Assembly: GCA_963727485.1 (NCBI GenBank)
Contig: CAVSGM010000002.1
Location: forward strand, 1,728,001 to 1,792,000
From: an uncultured delta proteobacterium
Lineage (GTDB): Bacteria; Myxococcota; Myxococcia; SLRQ01
Direction: 5' to 3'
Length of the DNA: 64,000 nucleotides
Shown here piece by piece: positions 59,025 to 64,000 of the stretch. The notes beneath the pieces were generated by a model. That model worked only from the letters and a program-made list of their open reading frames with translations, was not told the DNA's origin and did no database searches. How positions within the stretch are numbered: position 1 is the first letter of the stretch; every line of letters starts with the position of its first letter. The position numbers and the translations under genes were made by a program.

Positions 59025-59594
59025 GTGATCGCGACCGTCCTCATCGACTTCCAGAGCGTGCTGCCCATCGGGATCCTGGTGGCGCTGGCCGCCCACCGGC
59101 AGCTCACCACCGAGTCGGTGCCTCCGCTCTCGCGCTACGTGCGCCTGGGCGCGCTCCTCGGCGTGGGCTACGGCCTGATGACCTTCTGGTGGTGCTGGTA
59201 CTACCCGGACTGGATGTGGGGCTACGCCATCGACGCGGCGCGGTTCTCCTTCTGGCTCTGGTACCCGGCGTTCGTGGTGGGCCTGGGAGTCACCGGCGCC
59301 GCCGGGGCGATGCTCGGGCAGGTGCTCATCGGCCGGGGGATGACCTGGGCGGCGCTGGTGCTGGCGGGGCTCTCGCTTGCGGGCCTGGGCATCGGCTTTT
59401 TCATGACCCTGCCCGAGTACCAGCACCTCGCGACCTACGCGGTGTGGCACACAGGCCGCGCCCGGGCGGTGCTCACCCAGGACGACCCCCGGTGGGTGAA
59501 GGGCGTGGCGATCTTCGGCACCGCCTACGCGGTGCTGGCCCTGGGCTCGGTGGCCCGGGTGTTTTTCGAGGGCCGGAGGCTCCCGGCCCTGTGA
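59025..59594 (+). CDS. Hypothetical 5-TM membrane protein (YPDWMWGY; alternative GTG 59001)
   Basis: GAAGGGG before GTG; hydrophobic helices; GTGA overlap with the ALDH gene; TTGACA at 58982. Confidence 0.7.
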   Translation: MIATVLIDFQSVLPIGILVALAAHRQLTTESVPPLSRYVRLGALLGVGYGLMTFWWCWYYPDWMWGYAIDAARFSFWLWYPAFVVGLGVTGAAGAMLGQVLIGRGMTWAALVLAGLSLAGLGIGFFMTLPEYQHLATYAVWHTGRARAVLTQDDPRWVKGVAIFGTAYAVLALGSVARVFFEGRRLPAL

Positions 59595-61111
59595 CCGAGG
59601 CGCTGCTCGAGAGCGTGTCGCCCCGGGACGGGACGCGCCACGGCGAGGTCCCGGCGACGCCGCCCGGCGCGGTGCCCGCGGCGGTGGCGAGGTGCCGGAC
59701 GGCCCAGCAGGCGTGGGCGGCGCGGCCCCTGAAGCAGCGGGTCGAGGTGCTCCGCGCCTGCCGCGAGGCCTTCCTCGCCCAGGCCGAGGCGCTGGTGAAG
59801 GTGCTCACCGAGGAGACCGGCCGCCCCGAGGGCGAGAGCTGGCTCTCGGAGGTGGTCCCCGACGGCGACCTCTTCAGCTTCTGGCTCGCCCGCGGCCCCG
59901 GGTACCTCAAGCGCGAGCGGGTGAAGCTCGGTCCCCTCAACTTCCCCGGCAAGACCGCGTTCATCGAGAAGGTGCCGCGCGGGGTCCTCGGCCTCGTCAC
60001 CCCCTGGAACCTCCCGGTGGCCATCCCCCTGAGGACGATCGTCCCGGCGCTGCTGGCGGGCAACGGGGTGGTGTGGAAGCCCAGCGAGCACACCCCGCGC
60101 ACCGCCCAGGTGCTGGCGAAGATCCTCGCCGAGCACCTCCCCGAGCACCTCCTCACGGTGGTCCAGGGCACAGGCGAGGTCGGCGACGCCGTGGTCCGCT
60201 CTGGGGTCGACCAGGTGGTGTTCACCGGCTCGGTGAAGACCGGGCGGAAGGTCGCCGCCGCCGCCGCCGAGAGGCTCATCCCCGCGAGCCTCGAGCTCGG
60301 GGGCAAGGACGCGGCGCTGGTCCTCGCCGACGCCGACCTCGATCGCGCCGCCGAGGGCGTCGTCTGGGGCGCCATGTTCAACGCCGGGCAGAACTGCGCC
60401 GCCATCGAGCGGGTCTACGTGGAAAAGCCCGTCGCCGAGGTGTTCCGCCAGAAGGTCCGCGAGCGGGCCATGGCCCTGCGCCTCGGCGAGGACGTGGGGC
60501 CGCTGACCACCGGCTTCCAGCTCGACACCGTGGTCCGCCAGGTGGAGGCGGCGAAGGCCGCCGGCGCCCGGGTCGAGTGCGGCGGCGAGCGCGCCGAGGG
60601 GCCCGGTCGCTTCTACGAGCCCACGGTCCTCACCGGCGTGCCGGCCGGCAGCCCGGTGCTCACCGAGGAGACCTTCGGGCCGGTGCTGCCCCTCGTCGAG
60701 GTCGAAGGCGCCGAGGCGGGCCTGGCGGCGATGAACGACTCCGAGTTCGGCCTCACCGCCAGCATCTGGACGCGCGACGTGTGGAAGGGCTTCGCCCTGG
60801 CCCGCCGGGTGGAGGCGGGGGTGGTCACGGTGAACGACCATGGGTTCACCGGCGGCGTGCCGGCGCTCCCCTGGACCGGGACCAAGTCGTCGGGCTTCGG
60901 GGTCACCAACAGCCACTTCGCCCTGGAGTCCATGGTCCGCCCGCGCACGGTGCTCCTCGATCGGAGCCGGGCCCGGCGCGAGCTGTGGTGGTACCCCTAC
61001 AACCCGGTGCTCCTGCGCATCGCCCGGGCCCTGGTGGACCTGGCGCGGGGGAAGCTCGGGGCCCTGGGGCGGCTGGTCTCGAGCCTGCCGAAGCGGTTCA
61101 AGGGGAGCTGA
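59591..61111 (+). CDS. Aldehyde dehydrogenase family protein
   Basis: TPWN.P, KPSE, FTGS, LELGGKD, NAGQNC, EETFGP. Confidence 0.94.
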   Translation: MTEALLESVSPRDGTRHGEVPATPPGAVPAAVARCRTAQQAWAARPLKQRVEVLRACREAFLAQAEALVKVLTEETGRPEGESWLSEVVPDGDLFSFWLARGPGYLKRERVKLGPLNFPGKTAFIEKVPRGVLGLVTPWNLPVAIPLRTIVPALLAGNGVVWKPSEHTPRTAQVLAKILAEHLPEHLLTVVQGTGEVGDAVVRSGVDQVVFTGSVKTGRKVAAAAAERLIPASLELGGKDAALVLADADLDRAAEGVVWGAMFNAGQNCAAIERVYVEKPVAEVFRQKVRERAMALRLGEDVGPLTTGFQLDTVVRQVEAAKAAGARVECGGERAEGPGRFYEPTVLTGVPAGSPVLTEETFGPVLPLVEVEGAEAGLAAMNDSEFGLTASIWTRDVWKGFALARRVEAGVVTVNDHGFTGGVPALPWTGTKSSGFGVTNSHFALESMVRPRTVLLDRSRARRELWWYPYNPVLLRIARALVDLARGKLGALGRLVSSLPKRFKGS

Positions 61112-61115
61112 CGCC

Positions 61116-62489
61116 GTGAGCACTTCGCGCGAACCCGGCCAGGCGGCCGCCCTCGACGCCGCCGCCCACGAGGGCGCGTTCGAGCTCTTCCGCACGCTGC
61201 TGCGCCACGACACCACCAACCCCCCGGGCGCCGAGGCGGCCGCGGCGCGGACCGTCGCCGACTTTCTCGCCGACGGCGGCCTCGACCCCGAGGTGATCGA
61301 GACCGCGCCGGGCCGCGCCTGCACCGTGGCGCGCCTCAAGGGCACGGGAGAGAAGCCGCCGCTCCTCCTCGCCGGCCACCTCGACGTGGTCCCCGCCGAG
61401 GACGGCCCCTGGACCCGCCCGCCCTTCGCCGCCGAGGTCCACGAGGGCTGGCTCTACGGCCGGGGCGCCGTCGACATGAAGAACATGGTGGCCATGAGCG
61501 CCGCCATCCTCCGCCACCTCGCCGAGGGCGGGGTGACCCCCGACCGCGACCTCATCGTCGCCGCCGTCGCCGACGAGGAGGCCGGCTGCGACCACGGGGC
61601 CACCTACCTGGTCGACCACCACCCGGACCTGGTCCGCGCCGAGTACGCCCTGGGCGAGGTCGGCGGCTTCTCCATGTACGTCATGGGCCGGACCTTCTAC
61701 CCGGTGCAGGTCGCGGAGAAGGGGGTCGCCTGGCTGAAGGCCACGACCCGGGGCGAGGCGGGCCACGGGTCCATGCCCCGGTCCGACTCGGCGGTGGTGC
61801 GCCTCGCCGAGGCGGTGGCCGCCATGGGCCGGACGCGCCTGCCCCAGCACACCTCCGAGGTGGTCGAGACCTACTTCAAGAGCGTCGCCCGACACCTCCC
61901 GGCGCCGGCGCGCCAAGTCCTCCCGCGGCTGCTCAACCGGCACCTCTCGGGGCTCATCCTCGACAGGCTGCTCCCCGACCCGGGCCTCGCCCGCACCTTT
62001 TCCACCGCCCTGTCCAACACCGTGAGCCCCACGGTCCTGCGCGCCGGCACCAAGATCAACGTCATCCCCGGCGAGGCCTCGGTTCAGCTCGACGGGCGCA
62101 CGCTGCCGGGGCAGACCGCGGCGCAGCTCGTCGCCGAGCTCACCGACCTCGTCGGCGAGGACGTGGCCTTCGAGGTCCTCAAGGAGGCGCCGCCGGTCCA
62201 GACCAGCCCGGACACCGAGGTCTACCGGATCATCGCCGACGCGCTGGTGCGCGCCGACCCCGAGGGCATCCCGGTGCCCTACCTCCTCCCGGGGTTCACC
62301 GACGCCAAGGCGTTCCACCGCCTGGGCACCAGGTGGTACGGCTGCGCCCCGGTGCGCCTGCCCAAGGACGCCGGCGTCGCCTTCGCCGAGCTCTACCACC
62401 GCCCCGACGAGCGCATCCCGGTGGACGGGTTCCACTGGGGGCTCGACGTGCTGGCCGACATCGTCACCCGGATCGTCGGCGCGCCCTGA
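61116..62489 (+). CDS. M20/M25/M40 family metallo-hydrolase
   Basis: GHLDVVPA, GRGAVDMK, ADEEAG, GHGS, NVIP, H.PDERI. Confidence 0.92.
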   Translation: MSTSREPGQAAALDAAAHEGAFELFRTLLRHDTTNPPGAEAAAARTVADFLADGGLDPEVIETAPGRACTVARLKGTGEKPPLLLAGHLDVVPAEDGPWTRPPFAAEVHEGWLYGRGAVDMKNMVAMSAAILRHLAEGGVTPDRDLIVAAVADEEAGCDHGATYLVDHHPDLVRAEYALGEVGGFSMYVMGRTFYPVQVAEKGVAWLKATTRGEAGHGSMPRSDSAVVRLAEAVAAMGRTRLPQHTSEVVETYFKSVARHLPAPARQVLPRLLNRHLSGLILDRLLPDPGLARTFSTALSNTVSPTVLRAGTKINVIPGEASVQLDGRTLPGQTAAQLVAELTDLVGEDVAFEVLKEAPPVQTSPDTEVYRIIADALVRADPEGIPVPYLLPGFTDAKAFHRLGTRWYGCAPVRLPKDAGVAFAELYHRPDERIPVDGFHWGLDVLADIVTRIVGAP

Positions 62490-62543
62490 CCCCGGGGCTC
62501 GCCCCGGGATGCATCCGGGCGCGGCGTGTGCCAGATTGCGACC

Positions 62544-63263
62544 ATGTGCGGTCGCTACACCCTGGTGGCCCCCGGCGAGGAGGTGGCCCGGCGCTTCGGT
62601 CTGCCCGCCGCGCCGCACCTCGAGCCCCGGTACAACGTGGCGCCGACCCAACAGGTGCCCATCGTCCGCGCGGCGGGCGCGTCCGCAGCGGCGGGCGGGG
62701 AGGGCGGCGAGCCGGCGCAAGGCGACGCGCGGGAGCTGGCCCTGGTCCGCTGGGGCCTGGTGCCGTTTTTCGCCAAGGACCCGGCCATCGGAAACCGCAT
62801 GATCAACGCCCGCGCCGAGACCGTGGCGTCGAAGCCCGCCTTCCGCGCCGCCTTCCAGCGCCGCCGCTGCCTCGCCCCGGCCACCGGCTTCTACGAGTGG
62901 CTAAAGCAGGGCAAGCTCAAGCAGCCGTTCCTCCTGCGCCTGACCGGCGGCGGGCTCTTCGCCATCGCCTCGCTCTTCGAGCGGTGGAAGCCCAAGGACG
63001 CAGGCGACGAGGTCGCGCCCCTCGAGTCCATGACCCTGCTCACCTGCGCCCCCAACGCCCTGGCCGCCACCGTCCACGACCGGATGCCGCTGATCCTCCC
63101 GGAGGCCGCCTGGGAGGCCTGGCTCGATCCGGCGACGCCGCGGGCGGCCCTGGCGGCGCTCCTCGTCCCCTATCCCGCCGAGGCCATGGAGGCGTTCCCG
63201 GTGAGCCGGCTGGTCAACAGCCCGGCGAACGACGATCCCCAGTGCGTGGAGCCGCTTCCGTGA
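62544..63263 (+). CDS. SOS response-associated peptidase (SRAP; YedK/HMCES-type abasic-site protection protein)
   Basis: N-terminal MCGRY, RYNVAPTQ, WGLVP, INARAET, GFYEW, HDRMP, VS..VN. Confidence 0.95.
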   Translation: MCGRYTLVAPGEEVARRFGLPAAPHLEPRYNVAPTQQVPIVRAAGASAAAGGEGGEPAQGDARELALVRWGLVPFFAKDPAIGNRMINARAETVASKPAFRAAFQRRRCLAPATGFYEWLKQGKLKQPFLLRLTGGGLFAIASLFERWKPKDAGDEVAPLESMTLLTCAPNALAATVHDRMPLILPEAAWEAWLDPATPRAALAALLVPYPAEAMEAFPVSRLVNSPANDDPQCVEPLP

Positions 63264-63676
63264 GGCGCCCGCGATCGCTGGCGGCCCTCGCCGCCGCCCT
63301 GGCCCTGACCCCCGGCTGCGCCACCCTGGTCACCGGCACCGACCAGAAGGTCCGCTTCGTCACCGATCCTCCCGGCGCCACCGTGACCCTCGACAACGGC
63401 GCCAAGGTCGAGACCCCAGGCGTCCTCTACGTGGGCCGCCGTCTCCCCCACACCGCCACCGTCACCGCCCCCGGCCGCTGCCCGGCCGAGCTGGTGATCG
63501 TGCGCCACGTGACCCCCTGGGTCCTCGGCGACGTGTTCACCGGGATCCTCCCGGGCCTCGTCGTCGACTTCCTGGTGGGCGGCGCCTTCGGCCTCCCCGA
63601 CGAGGTGAAGGCGCCGGTGGGCGAGGCGAAGACCGCTACCAGTGGTCGATGCGCCAGCGCCCCTTCACCTTCTTGA
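63260..63676 (+). CDS. PEGA-domain-like lipoprotein
   Basis: GTGA overlap; lipobox TPGC-AT; TDPPGA.V, TP; G..VD...G. Confidence 0.7.
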   Translation: MRRPRSLAALAAALALTPGCATLVTGTDQKVRFVTDPPGATVTLDNGAKVETPGVLYVGRRLPHTATVTAPGRCPAELVIVRHVTPWVLGDVFTGILPGLVVDFLVGGAFGLPDEVKAPVGEAKTATSGRCASAPSPS

Positions 63677-64000
63677 GGAAGAGGGTGTCGGTGTTCACCC
63701 AGTCCTTGCGCACGTAGCGGACGCAGAAGCGCAGCAGCCCGCGCCGGTTCAGCTCCACCGCCCGGTCGTCCTGCTGGCCCCCCGAGAAGATGAACAGCGG
63801 GCAGGGGTCGACCCGGTAGCCGTTCTTCAGCCGGCCCTGGATCGACTCGAGGTTGTACTTGGGGCTGGTGCGGTCCTTCTCGGCGTCGTAGAGGGCGGTG
63901 AAGCGCCCGAGGTGGCCGGCCTTGGCCTCGGCGATGGCCTTCGCCACCACCTGCTGCGCCCGGGGCCAGGCGTGGCGCAGACGCTTGACCAGCGCCGGGT
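63636..64000 (-). CDS. Hypothetical protein, C-terminal part (5' end outside the window)
   Basis: GC3-biased frame open to the window edge, ending LKKVKGRWRIDHW (NTF2-like terminal pattern). Confidence 0.55.
   Translation of the reverse strand, partial: PALVKRLRHAWPRAQQVVAKAIAEAKAGHLGRFTALYDAEKDRTSPKYNLESIQGRLKNGYRVDPCPLFIFSGGQQDDRAVELNRRGLLRFCVRYVRKDWVNTDTLFLKKVKGRWRIDHW

Noticed and set aside
56052..61111. 968-aa and 1190-aa ORFs implying large ABC1 or ALDH fusions
   Set aside because: The real domains begin at 57362 and 59591; the upstream parts are off-frame or antisense reads of neighbouring genes.
1..64000. tRNA, rRNA, IS, integrase or prophage genes
   Set aside because: None recognised by eye; tRNAscan-SE, barrnap and ISEScan would be needed to exclude them formally.

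Overview
Very GC-rich bacterial chromosome segment (about 75% by eye). The gene content points to a Myxococcota-like deltaproteobacterium (inference): a TonB-fused TonB-dependent receptor, a PilT paralogue, two Hanks-type kinases, two class III cyclases, a DUF2378-like protein and sigma54-like promoters. It holds about 63 densely packed genes of mixed housekeeping and accessory function. I found no rRNA, tRNA, CRISPR array, transposase or prophage gene. At least 11 genes contain 1-2 nt frame breaks, most likely long-read or assembly indels, so several long ORFs in the six-frame track are chimeric or antisense shadows. I cannot demonstrate a complete new multi-gene system. The best novelty candidates are: (1) an unannotated 80-100 nt intergenic element present twice (19097-19198, 37165-37247), with repeated CAACGTATCCCA units and a hairpin showing compensatory base changes; (2) a stand-alone, plug-shortened SecY-like protein fused to a C-terminal DUF2007-like domain, divergent from a TonB-TBDR fusion; (3) a transmembrane Ser/Thr kinase-porin pair behind a multi-hairpin leader and a ligand-less hemerythrin-like gene. 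All family calls come from motif recognition by eye; no searches were run.
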